From NCBI GenBank assembly GCA_963803805.1, contig CAWDOD010000011.1, positions 32,001 to 96,000 of the forward strand: a stretch of 64,000 nucleotides of DNA, in the 5' to 3' direction. The DNA comes from an uncultured cyanobacterium. GTDB lineage: Bacteria > Cyanobacteriota > Cyanobacteriia > Cyanobacteriales > CAWCAG01. The notes under the pieces were generated by a model. That model did no database searches. It worked only from the letters and a program-made list of their open reading frames with translations, and was not told where the DNA came from. A program made the translations under genes and the position numbers. Below, piece after piece: positions 9,354 to 20,333 of the stretch (position 1 is the stretch's first letter; the number at the start of each line of letters is the position of its first letter).

Positions 9354-10712
9354 ATGAACGAAATTATCTATCCCTCTATTGATTTATTTCTCTACCAAAT
9401 TAGTTCAGGTTTAGGGGATAGCAAAGAAAAAATTAGCCAGAATCGCCAACAATTTCTCACTATTCTACCAGACAAATCAAAGGAACAATTATTAGAGATT
9501 TATTCAACAGAAGAAATTTCTGCTGAGAACAAATATCAAGAATTACTCAAAGATGAGATTTTTCCATTTAGAACAGAAATAAACAACTATCAACTAGAAG
9601 GTTATTACTATCCTGTACTTTTAAAAGATACTTATGGGTTGTTGTACAATTGTTCTGTTGATGAAAAAGACCAACCCCAAAAACTAAGCTGTCTACGTTA
9701 CCTTAAAGAAAAAGCCCCAGTCAATCAAAATCATGTAGGACAAACTTGGTTTGTTTCTGGTATGATTACACCTGACTTTTCAGGTAAAACAGAAGAATTA
9801 GCTAAGGAAATATATATCAACTTTTGGCAAGGAGAAGAAGAAGAAAAATTAACCAGGGAATGGTTTAGACACAAACGCTTAAAATTTTCTGATGCAGAAG
9901 TTTTTGAAGTTTGGCAACCACCGCAAAAGTGGGATGACATTAATCAAAATCGCCATATTCTCATTTTTTTATACCGCGATCGCAGCTTTTTGAAAAAAGT
10001 CCCTTATTTTCAACAAAACTGGTTAGAATTATGGTGCTATCGCAATAAAACCATCTTTACCTATCAACAAAGCCAGTTAACCAAGAAAGAACTCGAAAAA
10101 GGTTTTAAAACCATTCAAGATACTATTCCCATAGTTCAGCAAAAAACGGATTTGAATAGTCTACAAAAAGTTTTAAAAAATAATTTAGAAACCTTCTCCA
10201 AATACACTATTAATCTCAACTTTTTAGAAATACGAAGGCAAACTATTAACACGAACCTCCTTAACTACCAAGAGTATTGCAAGTACTTAAGTAAAGCTGC
10301 CCAACAAATGGGAGACACCCACCACGATTTACAAGCTTTAAACGATTTCGCAATCACAGTTAAAGAGAAATACCAAAAACAAGTAAACAAAGACTACGAA
10401 AGCCTCAAACCAGGCTTAGAAATCCTCTCTCACCTCACAGAAACTATCCGTGCCATCGTCGAAACAGAACAAGCCCAAGGAGAAAAGCGCTTAGAACATT
10501 TAGTCGCTTCTGTAGGTATCGGTTTAGGCACAGCAGCAATTGTTTCAGCAGCAGTACAAAACCCAGTAGAAGAAATAGTCAAATACCCAGAAAATCCTTT
10601 AACAGAAGCAGGTTGGCAGATACTTTTTATTATTATTGTTAGCGCTGTTTTTGGTTGTTTATTTAGTTGGTTAACCTGGCTTTTTAGAGCTAACTTCTTC
10701 AAAAAGCCTTAA
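9354..10712 (+). CDS. 452-aa protein: globular N-terminus, long coiled coil, two C-terminal TM helices
   Basis: IYPSIDLFLY start; heptad-rich middle; TM segments LVASVGIGLGTAAIVSAAV and ILFIIIVSAVFGCLFSWLTWLF. Confidence 0.75.
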   Translation: MNEIIYPSIDLFLYQISSGLGDSKEKISQNRQQFLTILPDKSKEQLLEIYSTEEISAENKYQELLKDEIFPFRTEINNYQLEGYYYPVLLKDTYGLLYNCSVDEKDQPQKLSCLRYLKEKAPVNQNHVGQTWFVSGMITPDFSGKTEELAKEIYINFWQGEEEEKLTREWFRHKRLKFSDAEVFEVWQPPQKWDDINQNRHILIFLYRDRSFLKKVPYFQQNWLELWCYRNKTIFTYQQSQLTKKELEKGFKTIQDTIPIVQQKTDLNSLQKVLKNNLETFSKYTINLNFLEIRRQTINTNLLNYQEYCKYLSKAAQQMGDTHHDLQALNDFAITVKEKYQKQVNKDYESLKPGLEILSHLTETIRAIVETEQAQGEKRLEHLVASVGIGLGTAAIVSAAVQNPVEEIVKYPENPLTEAGWQILFIIIVSAVFGCLFSWLTWLFRANFFKKP

Positions 10713-11240
10713 TACTTATCATACTAAATCTGCTTCATAAAGTGCCTCTATAAAACAACGGCAAAAAATGTCTCAAACCTTACTCCCTACTCCCAAAAGC
10801 AACATCTGCAACCAAACCGAATCGATATCAATTGAATAAAGCTATTTGCTCTTAGCTATTAACAAGCAACCTTTCCCACAACGAGCCTAAGTCCAAATGC
10901 GCCCTACCACCAACTCTAATTCCGACGATAGACCAACCCCAAATTAGCCAGCCAAACACAACTAACGAAGAGCGAAGCGGTTAGGAAGGGTTGTAGGGAA
11001 ACACTTGTTTCCCTGCTGGGGGGTCTGGGGGGCTAGTCCCCCAGTAAAGACTATAACGACCTACAGACCAACTAAAACAAGGAGCAACAAAAAAAGCAAT
11101 ACAAAAATGATTTATTTGTCGCATTATTTTTGCTATTTCATATAACTCTCTCTACAACACCAAACTTAATAAAAAAACTGTAGAGACATCAATTTATCAA
11201 CATCCCTACAGCTTTTAATATCAATTAGCTATTAGCTAAA

Positions 11241-12824
11241 CTAATTAATTTCCGGTGCTTGCAAAGAAATCATTTCTTGACTCTGTACCTCAACCGCAAT
11301 CGTTTCTACCAAAGAAGGAACTGAACTCCTTGCCCTAGCAGTTAACTGAGTCGTTGTCGCATCATAAATTTGGGTAACTAGCTTAGGATAAAAACCAATA
11401 CCAATAATGGGAACCAACAAAGAAGCAATAATAAATACTTCCCTGGGTTCGGCATCAATTAAAGCTTCATGGGATACCAACTCTTTGTTTTCTGGGCCAT
11501 AAAGTAATTCCCGTAACATAGAGAGGAGGTATATAGGAGTTAAAATCACTCCAACGGCGGCTAGAAAGACCACCAACACCTTGAAAGTGGGGTTATAGGC
11601 ATCGCTAGTGGCAAAGCCGACAAACACCATTAATTCCGCTACAAAACCACTCATTCCTGGCAAAGCTAAAGAGGCAAAGGAACAAGTCGTCCACATAGCA
11701 AAAACTTTCTTCATCCTTTGTCCTACTCCCCCCATTTCATCCAACATCAGGGTATGGGTACGGTCATAGGTGCAACCTACCATGAAAAATAAGCTTGCCC
11801 CAATTAATCCGTGGGAAATCATTTGTAACATCGCCCCACTGGTTCCTAATTCTGTAAAGGAACCCAAACCAATTAAAACAAAGCCCATGTGGGAAATGGA
11901 AGAGTAAGCGATTTTGCGCTTCAAATTACGTTGGGCAAAGGAGGTTAATGCCGCATAAACAATATTAACTACCCCCAGAATTACCAAAACCGGAGCAAAG
12001 ACAGCATGGGCATCGGGCAACATCCCCATATTCATCCGAAATAGGGCATAGCCTCCCATTTTTAACAAAATACCTGCCAGGAGCATATGGGCGGGGGCTG
12101 TGGCTTCACCGTGGGCATCTGGCAACCAGGTATGTAAAGGGAAGATGGGCAGTTTTACACCGTAGGCAATTAAGAATCCTCCATAAAGCAGTAATTGCAA
12201 ATTAAGAGGAATATCTTTAGCAGCGATCGCCTGCATATCAAAAGTTACGGTATCACCGTAAAACGCCATAGTTAAAGCGCCGACTAAAATAAACAGCGAT
12301 CCACCGGCGGTATAAAGAATAAACTTTGTGGCGGCATAAAGGCGTTTTTTCCCTCCCCAAATGGAGAGTATTAAGTAAACAGGAACTAATTCTAGTTCCC
12401 ATACTAAGAAAAACAGCAACATATCTTGAACAGCAAAGACAGCGATTTGACCGCCGTACATCGCCAACATCAAGAAGTAGAATAATCTCGGCTTGAAAGT
12501 AACAGGCCAAGCTGCCATTACCGCCAGGGTAGTGATAAAGCCCGTTAGGATAATCAGTGGCATGGCTAAACCATCAGCCCCCACTGACCACTTCAAATCA
12601 AGGGCAGGAACCCAGGAATAGCTTTCTACTAATTGCAATTCAGGATTAGCTAAGTCGTAACCATTGTAAAAAGCATAAACAATGACAATAAAGTCAATTA
12701 ATCCCACAATTAAGGCATACCACTTTACGGTTTTCCCGTCTCCTTTGTCAGGAACAAACGGAATCAGTAAAGCTGCTGCAATGGGAAAGAGAATAATCGT
12801 TGTTAGCCAAGGAAATTCTGTCAT
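11241..12824 (-). CDS. ndhD1: NAD(P)H-quinone oxidoreductase subunit 4 (NdhD1)
   Basis: [30 protein letters not shown]; downstream of ndhF1. Confidence 0.93.
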   Translation of the reverse strand: MTEFPWLTTIILFPIAAALLIPFVPDKGDGKTVKWYALIVGLIDFIVIVYAFYNGYDLANPELQLVESYSWVPALDLKWSVGADGLAMPLIILTGFITTLAVMAAWPVTFKPRLFYFLMLAMYGGQIAVFAVQDMLLFFLVWELELVPVYLILSIWGGKKRLYAATKFILYTAGGSLFILVGALTMAFYGDTVTFDMQAIAAKDIPLNLQLLLYGGFLIAYGVKLPIFPLHTWLPDAHGEATAPAHMLLAGILLKMGGYALFRMNMGMLPDAHAVFAPVLVILGVVNIVYAALTSFAQRNLKRKIAYSSISHMGFVLIGLGSFTELGTSGAMLQMISHGLIGASLFFMVGCTYDRTHTLMLDEMGGVGQRMKKVFAMWTTCSFASLALPGMSGFVAELMVFVGFATSDAYNPTFKVLVVFLAAVGVILTPIYLLSMLRELLYGPENKELVSHEALIDAEPREVFIIASLLVPIIGIGFYPKLVTQIYDATTTQLTARARSSVPSLVETIAVEVQSQEMISLQAPEIN

Positions 12825-12855
12825 AAGTTCTCAATTCAGCAAGTGATTATGATGG

Positions 12856-12896
12856 CGGGGAGATGGGGAGATGGGGAGACGGGGAGACGGGGAGAC
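12856..12896. repeat. short tandem repeat (GGGGAGAY) x5
   Basis: ggggagatggggagatggggagacggggagacggggagac in the ndhF-ndhD spacer. Confidence 0.85.
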
Positions 12897-12989
12897 ACTT
12901 AAATTTAAAACATTGGGAAAGTTTTTAAAAACTCTTCTCTAGTTTTAGAATCTATACTATTTCCCCAACTCCAGACTTCCCTAATTCCC

Positions 12990-15062
12990 TTAGGTTACGC
13001 TTGAAACAACCACGAAGCCTAGTACCGCAGCAAAGATAATTAAAGCGTAAAATTGGGCGCGACCATTTTCTAGGTATTTCAAACCTTCACCACTAACAAT
13101 GGCAGCTAAACCCGTTAAATTAACCGCACCATCTACTACCCGGTAATCCACTTCCATAATTTGCCTTGCTAAGCGACGCAAACCTTTAACAAAGGCAACT
13201 TCGTAGATGTCGTTGAGATACCACTTATTAAGGGAGAAGTTGTAGAGAGGTTTGATTTTAGAGGCGATCGCCCCAGGATTAATAACTTTGCGGGAATACA
13301 TCAGTGAAGCCAGAGTGATACCAATTAAGGCAATACCCACAGAATTCCCTGCCATAATCAAAAACTCTGACCACTCAAAATGCGCTGCTTCTGCGACTGC
13401 TTCTGCGGCTGTTTCCGTGGGAGGATAGATAAATTCCTCAAAAGAGTTAGCCCAAGGGCGACCCAGCCAACCAATGAAAATTGAAGGGACAGCAAGAATG
13501 AGTAGAGGTAGAGTCATGGTTAAAGGAGACTCGTGGGGTTCGCTGCTATGGTGTTCACCATGGGTATCGTGGGCTTCTTCTGATTCTAGTTCCTTAACAT
13601 TCATTGCCCCAGGGCCAAAAGCAGGTTGAGGTGCAACTCCAGCTTCTGCTTTTAAAGAAGCACGAATGGCCATATCATTACCACGAAACTCGCCGCCAAA
13701 GGTGAGGAAATACATCCGGAACATATAAAAGGCAGTGATTCCGGCGGTTAACCAACCGATGAACCAAAGGGCTGGGTTAGCAAAGAAAGCACTACCGAGA
13801 ATTTCATCTTTTGACCAAAAACCAGCAAAGGGAGGAATGCCACAAATTGCTAAAGTCCCAACCAAGAAGGTTAGGTGAGTCATAGGCATATATTTACGCA
13901 AGTTACCCATTAACCGCATATCCTGGGCCAAAACTGGGTCATGACCAACAACGGCTTCCATGCCGTGAATTACTGACCCAGAACAAAGGAAAAGCATTGC
14001 TTTGAAGAAAGCATGGGTCATGAGGTGGAAAAGTCCTGCTGAGTAGGCTCCAATACCCATAGCCATAACCATATAACCTAACTGGGAAATGGTGGAGTAG
14101 GCTAAACCTTTTTTAATATCATTTTGGGTAATAGCGATGCTAGCCCCCAAAAAGGCTGTAAATGCTCCTGTCCAAGCAATGGTGTTCATGGCCACAGGAA
14201 TATCGGCAAATACAGGATACATCCTCGCTACCAGAAAAACTCCTGCTGCCACCATCGTGGCGGCGTGAATCAAAGCAGAAATTGGCGTAGGGCCTTCCAT
14301 GGCATCGGGAAGCCAAACATGGAGGGGAAATTGGGCTGACTTAGCTACCGGGCCTAGGAATACTAATACAGCGAATAGAGCAGCTAAACCGGCGGATAAA
14401 GCACCAGAAGTTACTAATTCTTGTAGGCGATCGCCCATAACTTCAAATTCAAAGCTGCCTGTAGCCCAATATAAACCGAGCATTCCTAGTAATAAGCCAA
14501 AGTCCCCTACCCTATTGGTCACAAATGCTTTTTGACAAGCATCAGCCGCCGCTTTGCGGTCGAACCAAAAACCAATTAGTAGATAGGAACACATTCCTAC
14601 CAATTCCCAGAAAATATAAATCTGGACGAGGTTTGGGCTAATAACCAAGCCCAACATTGAAGAACTAAATAAACTTAAATAGGCATAGAAACGTACATAA
14701 CCTGGGTCATGGGCCATATAACCATCGGTGTAGATCATCACCAAAAAGGCTACGGTGGTCACAACAACTAACATCAAGGCGGTGAGATGATCTATGGTAT
14801 AGCCCATGGCCAGATGAAAGCTTCCTGCTGCTGCCCATTCAAAAGTACGGGTAAAGGTTTCGTGACCGTGAATTTGACTCCACAGCAAAGCAAATGACAA
14901 AACCATTGCCGCTCCCAAGAGGGAGATAATAAATACAGCATTTATTTGCCGTAGACGATTAGTCGCATTACTGAAGGAGATTAAGCCTAGGCCAACCAAC
15001 ATTGCTCCGGCTAGGGGCAAAAGTGGAATCAACCAAGCGTACTGATAAAGCGGTTCCATCAC
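12990..15062 (-). CDS. ndhF1: NAD(P)H-quinone oxidoreductase subunit 5 (NdhF1)
   Basis: KSAQFPLHVWLPDAMEGPTPISALIHAATMV, THAFFKAMLF. Confidence 0.95.
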   Translation of the reverse strand: MMEPLYQYAWLIPLLPLAGAMLVGLGLISFSNATNRLRQINAVFIISLLGAAMVLSFALLWSQIHGHETFTRTFEWAAAGSFHLAMGYTIDHLTALMLVVVTTVAFLVMIYTDGYMAHDPGYVRFYAYLSLFSSSMLGLVISPNLVQIYIFWELVGMCSYLLIGFWFDRKAAADACQKAFVTNRVGDFGLLLGMLGLYWATGSFEFEVMGDRLQELVTSGALSAGLAALFAVLVFLGPVAKSAQFPLHVWLPDAMEGPTPISALIHAATMVAAGVFLVARMYPVFADIPVAMNTIAWTGAFTAFLGASIAITQNDIKKGLAYSTISQLGYMVMAMGIGAYSAGLFHLMTHAFFKAMLFLCSGSVIHGMEAVVGHDPVLAQDMRLMGNLRKYMPMTHLTFLVGTLAICGIPPFAGFWSKDEILGSAFFANPALWFIGWLTAGITAFYMFRMYFLTFGGEFRGNDMAIRASLKAEAGVAPQPAFGPGAMNVKELESEEAHDTHGEHHSSEPHESPLTMTLPLLILAVPSIFIGWLGRPWANSFEEFIYPPTETAAEAVAEAAHFEWSEFLIMAGNSVGIALIGITLASLMYSRKVINPGAIASKIKPLYNFSLNKWYLNDIYEVAFVKGLRRLARQIMEVDYRVVDGAVNLTGLAAIVSGEGLKYLENGRAQFYALIIFAAVLGFVVVSSVT

Positions 15063-15183
15063 TTGTCTTACTTTATATTTCTTTACTTTTTAGAAGTACT
15101 CCTGACATTGTGACATAGACAGACCTCTAAGCAAGTCTCCATAATTAACACTTTAAGTAAAGAAAATGTTTTTCCCACCAAAC

Positions 15184-15218
15184 AAACCCGCAGACTTGCT
15201 ATAACAAGGGCGGGTTTT
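15184..15218 (-). terminator. probable intrinsic terminator downstream of the thioredoxin gene
   Basis: aaacccgc...gcgggttt inverted repeat. Confidence 0.4.
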
Positions 15219-15442
15219 CTCACTAATTATGGGGTAAGGCAGATAGAAGGGTTTTTAGGGAAATATACTCTTTGGTTTGATTGTTAGTCCCCTATCATTA
15301 CTTGTTGGTAAGGAAATATCAAAAAAAGCATCAGAGAAATTACAGAGGTCAGAAAACGCTAAAATAATTAACATTTTATTCAGTTCTTGACCCTTTTTAA
15401 CTCCTTTTCTCTCAGGAAAGTTTACGCTTCTATATTCAAGTG

Positions 15443-15784
15443 CTACACAGTGTTGATACTCAATGTTCCTAAATGAGCTTTGAGGCTGGATTGTAAATCT
15501 TCTCTCCCCTGAAAAGTTTCTACACGATGCACTACTGTTCCCTTTTCTAGTAGAAGAACAGTTGGTAAGTTACTAAGGCGGTAGCTATTAGCCAACTTGA
15601 GATTTTTATCAGCATTAACTCTTGCTATCTTAACTTCGCAGTCTAATTCAGACTGTAAATTCCGTAGAATTGGTGAAACTAGACGGCATAAACCGCACCA
15701 GGGGGCCCAGAATTCTACAATAACGGGTAAAGGAGATTGCAAAACTTCTTGGTCAAAATTATTTTCACTGACAGAGATGATCAT
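15443..15784 (-). CDS. trxC: thioredoxin, cyanobacterial C-type
   Basis: FWAPWCGLC atypical active site. Confidence 0.8.
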   Translation of the reverse strand: MIISVSENNFDQEVLQSPLPVIVEFWAPWCGLCRLVSPILRNLQSELDCEVKIARVNADKNLKLANSYRLSNLPTVLLLEKGTVVHRVETFQGREDLQSSLKAHLGTLSINTV

Positions 15785-15910
15785 GATCCCGAAAGTTATC
15801 TATAGATTTGTTATTAATAATGATTTGAAAATTATGCTAACCCCAATGGGGATCAGCTAGTACAGGCGATTTTAGCAAAAATTTGTCTTAAAGTGATCAA
15901 ATTGTTAATG

Positions 15911-15955
15911 GCTAGTTGCTAGTTGCTAGTTGCTAGTTGCTAGTTGCTAGTTGCT
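15911..15955. repeat. heptamer tandem repeat (GCTAGTT) x6
   Basis: direct reading; related tracts near 1219, 1975, 21263 and 32811. Confidence 0.9.
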
Positions 15956-15963
15956 CCATCTCA

Positions 15964-16752
15964 TTACAAACCTGCCCTGGCTGTTACTACCATCAACCAA
16001 GGATGTCCCCACCACAGTAATAGAGTAAAAGTAATAACTCCTACGTAAGCAGGACGGAGAAATTCTTGCCATTTCAGGGTTTGGCGATCGCTTAAAATAG
16101 CGGCGAAGGGAACAACAGAAGTCCTCGCTTTAGCAGCAAGAAAGGCTTCGCCGTAGCGCTTTTCTAAACGTTTGTCTCCGTGCCAAACGGCGAAGAGATG
16201 ATGGGCAATTAAACCTAATGAAGTGAGAAGGGTAAAAGTTGTACCAATCCAAAGGGTATGGGCAATACACCAAATAATTTGTCCTACCATTTGAGGATGG
16301 CGAGTAATGCGAATAATTCCTGTTTCAAAAAGATGAACTTGAGGTTTTTGGATCGCAGCGATTTCCAGGAGGTTAAAAGTGGCTGGGTAAAGGAACAGAA
16401 AGGAAATAGCTGAAAGCATCCAGACTAAAGTTTTGATTCCCGGAATGCCTTGTACCTGCCAGAGAAATAAGCCGTCGTAATGATGGTTAAAAAAGTAAGT
16501 GATGAGGATGACGGCAAAAGGAATACTAATTAGGGCAAATATAATTCTATAAAGTCGGGGACTAATTTTAGCTTCTGCCCAAGGGCGCAGGGCTGCTAAG
16601 CCACTGTGGGTAAGGGCAAAGCCTAAAAGCATCAAGAGCATAATTCCATGACTCAACGTTAGCCAGTTTTCTGCTTGCATATGAATATTAGTTAATTCGT
16701 TAAAACGTAATTGTGAAAGTATTTTTGATGGCCATCTAGTTTGGATAGGCAA
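15964..16752 (-). CDS. NnrU family membrane protein (Z-ISO-like); probable start at 16680
   Basis: FALTHSGLAALR, GIIRITRHPQMVG, HHLFAVWHGD. Confidence 0.85.
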   Translation of the reverse strand: MPIQTRWPSKILSQLRFNELTNIHMQAENWLTLSHGIMLLMLLGFALTHSGLAALRPWAEAKISPRLYRIIFALISIPFAVILITYFFNHHYDGLFLWQVQGIPGIKTLVWMLSAISFLFLYPATFNLLEIAAIQKPQVHLFETGIIRITRHPQMVGQIIWCIAHTLWIGTTFTLLTSLGLIAHHLFAVWHGDKRLEKRYGEAFLAAKARTSVVPFAAILSDRQTLKWQEFLRPAYVGVITFTLLLWWGHPWLMVVTARAGL

Positions 16753-17099
16753 ACTTACACCTATCTAAATGCAGAAAAATCTTTTTTCTGTTACAGAAGA
16801 AATAACGGATAAAACCCTTGATATTGAAGGGTTATTTTCTTTATATTGTACCTTCAGTTAGCTCTTTAACTAGTTTGAAATAAAAGATTTTCAATATTTA
16901 GCTGATCACAAAAAGGTTGTCAAGGAGATAATTCTCAAGATTACTTGATCCCCTTGGTGTGTTACTGTCAAATTCAGCAAGGTTATAGGCAACATTCACA
17001 ATTCACAGCGCCCAAGAATTTATCGATCCCGATTGAGCGGCGGTGACTATTGGTTGCTTCTGTGCAAATTGGAATTTGGCGTAAAAAAACAAGGTATTT

Positions 17100-18161
17100 T
17101 TGCCTAATTTTTATTCTAGACAAAATCCCCTTGGAATCTCTGTTTCCTCATTTTTGATGTTAAGTCCTATGTCTGACATACCTTTTACTTTAGATCAACT
17201 CCGCATCCTCAAAGCGATCGCAGCAGAAGGGAGTTTTAAGCGGGCTGCGGATAGTTTATATGTTTCTCAACCAGCCGTAAGTCTTCAGGTACAAAACTTA
17301 GAAAGACAATTAAATGTACCATTATTCGATCGAGGAGGAAGACGAGCGCAATTAACAGAAGCGGGACACTTACTTTTAGAATACGGAGAAAAAGTTCTCT
17401 CTCTGTGCCAAGAAACTTGTCGGGCAATTGAAGATTTACAAAATCTTCAAGGGGGTACTCTGATTGTGGGTGCTTCTCAAACCACCGGAACCTACCTTCT
17501 TCCCCGCATGATTGGCAGGTTCAGACAGCAATATCCTGATGTGTCTGTGCAATTACAGGTTCACTCTACTAGGCGAACTTCCTGGAGTGTAGCTAATGGT
17601 CAAGTAGACTTAGCTATTATCGGTGGAGAAGTTCCTTCTGAATTGCAAGACACTTTAGAAATAACTCCCTACGCTGAAGATGAGTTAGCTTTGATTTTAC
17701 CCCCTTTACATAGCTTAGCCAAAAGCGAATCTATACAAAAAGAAGACCTTTACAAAATACAATTTATTGCCTTAGACTCCCAATCAACTATTCGTAAAGT
17801 CATTGACCAAGTATTAACTCGTAGTGGTATCAACACAAAAAGGCTCAAAGTTGAAATGGAGTTAAACTCTATTGAAGCTATTAAGAATGCTGTTCAATCT
17901 GGCTTAGGAGCAGCTTTTGTCTCTGTTTCTGCCATCGAAAAAGAACTACAGATGGGCATTCTACACCGCGCTCAAATTCAAGATTTTGTCATTAAACGGA
18001 CTCTTGCAGTAATTGTGAATCCAAACCGCTATCGTTCTAAAGCCGCAGAAGCCTTTAGTAAAGAAATTCTGCCCCTGTTTTCTAGCCAAGGAAGGAAATT
18101 CGGACTTAACCAGCATACAGAGTTAAAAAACTCTACTCAATCTCATATTGTCGCTCCTTAA
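17100..18161 (+). CDS. rbcR: LysR family regulator, RbcR/Ycf30 type; probable start at 17169
   Basis: [10 protein letters not shown]...[20 protein letters not shown]; position beside nnrU/trxC/ndhF1. Confidence 0.85.
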   Translation: MPNFYSRQNPLGISVSSFLMLSPMSDIPFTLDQLRILKAIAAEGSFKRAADSLYVSQPAVSLQVQNLERQLNVPLFDRGGRRAQLTEAGHLLLEYGEKVLSLCQETCRAIEDLQNLQGGTLIVGASQTTGTYLLPRMIGRFRQQYPDVSVQLQVHSTRRTSWSVANGQVDLAIIGGEVPSELQDTLEITPYAEDELALILPPLHSLAKSESIQKEDLYKIQFIALDSQSTIRKVIDQVLTRSGINTKRLKVEMELNSIEAIKNAVQSGLGAAFVSVSAIEKELQMGILHRAQIQDFVIKRTLAVIVNPNRYRSKAAEAFSKEILPLFSSQGRKFGLNQHTELKNSTQSHIVAP

Positions 18162-18265
18162 TAGGGAGTAGGGGGCAGGTAGTGGGGAATAGAAAATTTA
18201 CAATTCATTGGCAAACACTATAAGATGAGCCTAATCGTAGTAGTTAAAATCGGGTTATTTAGTCA

Positions 18266-19699
18266 ATGAAAATTCACTGCACCCGTCCTGGTTGTCCCCG
18301 ACCAGAAAACTTTTTTGCTGATCTTGATGACGAAAATACCCTGATTACCACCCAGCAGAAGTATTGTACTTCTTGTGGAATGCCTTTGATCTTAGCCGGG
18401 CGCTATATTCCCTCCAAACTGCTTGGCAAAGGGGGCTTTGGTGCAGCATTTTTGGCGACAGATCGCTATACTCCCACCAAACGCCAGTGCGTAGCTAAAC
18501 AGTTTCAACCTCCTGCTAATCTTAATCCTCAGCAATTACAAATTGCGAAAACTCTTTTTGAGAGAGAAGCTGAAGTTTTGGAACAGTTAGGTAATGAACA
18601 TCCCCAAATTCCTAACTTGTATGCCTTTTTTCCCCTCATCATTCCAAGTATCAATTCTAGTGGGGAAGACCAGTTCTTTTATTTGGTGCAGAAGTTTATT
18701 GATGGCGAAGATTTAGAACACGAATTAGCTCGCAAGGGTAAGTTAACAGAAGAAGAAATTAGAGAAATTCTTACAGAAGTTCTTAAGGTTCTTAGTTTCG
18801 TTCACAGCAACGGTTCTATTCACCGCGACATTAAACCATCCAATATTATGCGAGAAAAGGGAGGGCGTTTATATTTATTGGATTTTGGTGCAGTTAAGCA
18901 AGTAACCAATGCTCCTGGGGCAGCAGGAGGTAGATCCACAGGCATTTATTCCATGGGATTTGCCCCTCCAGAACAAATGGCAGGTTCTCAAGTTTACCCT
19001 TCTACAGATTTGTATGCCTTAGCTGCTACTTGTATTAATTTACTAACTGGTAAGGATACAGAAGAACTTTATGACTCCTACAACAATACTTGGGACTGGC
19101 AGCCCCAAGCACCAGGAGTAAGCACTCAATTAGCTGAAGTTCTTAATAGAATGTTGCGGCGAACTCCTAGTGAACGCTTTCAAACTGCCCAAGAGGTTTT
19201 AGATGCTCTCAAGCCTCCTAAGAAATATAGTCCTCCCCCTCCACCTCCAACTCCAACCCCTTCTACTCCCGCCACTACCCCTACTCCAAGGGCTACCCCT
19301 CCAACACTCCCACCAACTCAGCCTCCAGTAAAAGTCAAGCAAGGTACGAAGTTTTCTTTAATAGAGACTTTAAGCGCGGCTGCTTTTACGGGTTTTGAGG
19401 GAGGGCTACTGTTTGTCGCTTTTGATAGCTTATTCGACTCTCCAGGGTTGAGTATGGGAATTTTTGGTATGGTGCTGGCAGGACTTATGTTTGCTGAATA
19501 TCGTCGCTTCATTGAAAAGTGGGATTTTGCCATTATTGGCACAATTACTCTGCTATTAGTAATGTTCGTTCCTTTGCTTAATGATGCTGTAGGTGATCAA
19601 GCAATTGTTTTCGGTATAGCTATTTTTGCGGCGGCGGCAGCAGTTGCAATTACAGCTCTTTTCCGTTTAATTTATTTATTATTATCTAAGTTTCTTTAA
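18266..19699 (+). CDS. Ser/Thr protein kinase with 4-Cys N-terminal domain, Pro/Thr linker and C-terminal TM segments
   Basis: CTRPGC..CTSC, GKGGFG, HRDIKPSN, DFG, APPE. Confidence 0.93.
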   Translation: MKIHCTRPGCPRPENFFADLDDENTLITTQQKYCTSCGMPLILAGRYIPSKLLGKGGFGAAFLATDRYTPTKRQCVAKQFQPPANLNPQQLQIAKTLFEREAEVLEQLGNEHPQIPNLYAFFPLIIPSINSSGEDQFFYLVQKFIDGEDLEHELARKGKLTEEEIREILTEVLKVLSFVHSNGSIHRDIKPSNIMREKGGRLYLLDFGAVKQVTNAPGAAGGRSTGIYSMGFAPPEQMAGSQVYPSTDLYALAATCINLLTGKDTEELYDSYNNTWDWQPQAPGVSTQLAEVLNRMLRRTPSERFQTAQEVLDALKPPKKYSPPPPPPTPTPSTPATTPTPRATPPTLPPTQPPVKVKQGTKFSLIETLSAAAFTGFEGGLLFVAFDSLFDSPGLSMGIFGMVLAGLMFAEYRRFIEKWDFAIIGTITLLLVMFVPLLNDAVGDQAIVFGIAIFAAAAAVAITALFRLIYLLLSKFL

Positions 19700-20135
19700 C
19701 TATCGGCTAGACCCCAGATATACCCATTCAATCTTTTATTGTTTAATAATCAGTGCTATTGTTTGCTTAGCTAAATTCACTATCTTCAAAAATATTTTAG
19801 CTTGCCTGCCATATTGGGTAGTATGGGTAGCACCATTAAGCCATTTAGTCATGGATTTATTAGTTGGTGTACATCCCATGCCTTTATTTTGGCCTTTAAA
19901 TTCAAATTTAATTGTTCTTCCCTTCGGAGTATTACCAAGTGCGGGAAAACTCAATATTTTCAATCACTATTTTTGGCGAAATCTAGTTATAGAATCAGGT
20001 GTCTTACTACCAATCATAACGTTCTTTGTCCCGGCTTTAAACCAGCGTATAATTAAAGATAATTCTTTAACAAAGTTCTTGTTATTGCTACTATTTTGTA
20101 CTTGCGGATTCATTAGCATAAATCTTAGTAGATAA
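19700..20135 (+). pseudogene. 5'-truncated YdjM-like metal-dependent membrane hydrolase
   Basis: frame of ORF 19851-20135 extends upstream as RYTHSIFYC...SHLVMDLLVGVHPMPLFWP with no start codon; N-terminal part missing. Confidence 0.6.
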
Positions 20136-20144
20136 TATTTTTAC

Positions 20145-20307
20145 GGTTCTACCGAACCTAGAATGCACAAAAGCGCTGAAAAACGCACCAAGTCTAATAA
20201 ATTCGTTTGTTTATAAGAAATCAAACTATTAAAAGCCGAAGTGCTTATACAACAAGGCTTGTGCTAGTTATTTTTTAATGGTTTGACATTGCAAGTTTGG
20301 TAGAGCC
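20145..20307. mobile_element. MITE with imperfect 21-bp terminal inverted repeats
   Basis: GGTTCTACCGAACCTAGAATG versus reverse complement of right end GGCTCTACCAAACTTGCAATG. Confidence 0.55.
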
Positions 20308-20333
20308 ATTTTTGACCAAGTTAAAGAGAAGTC

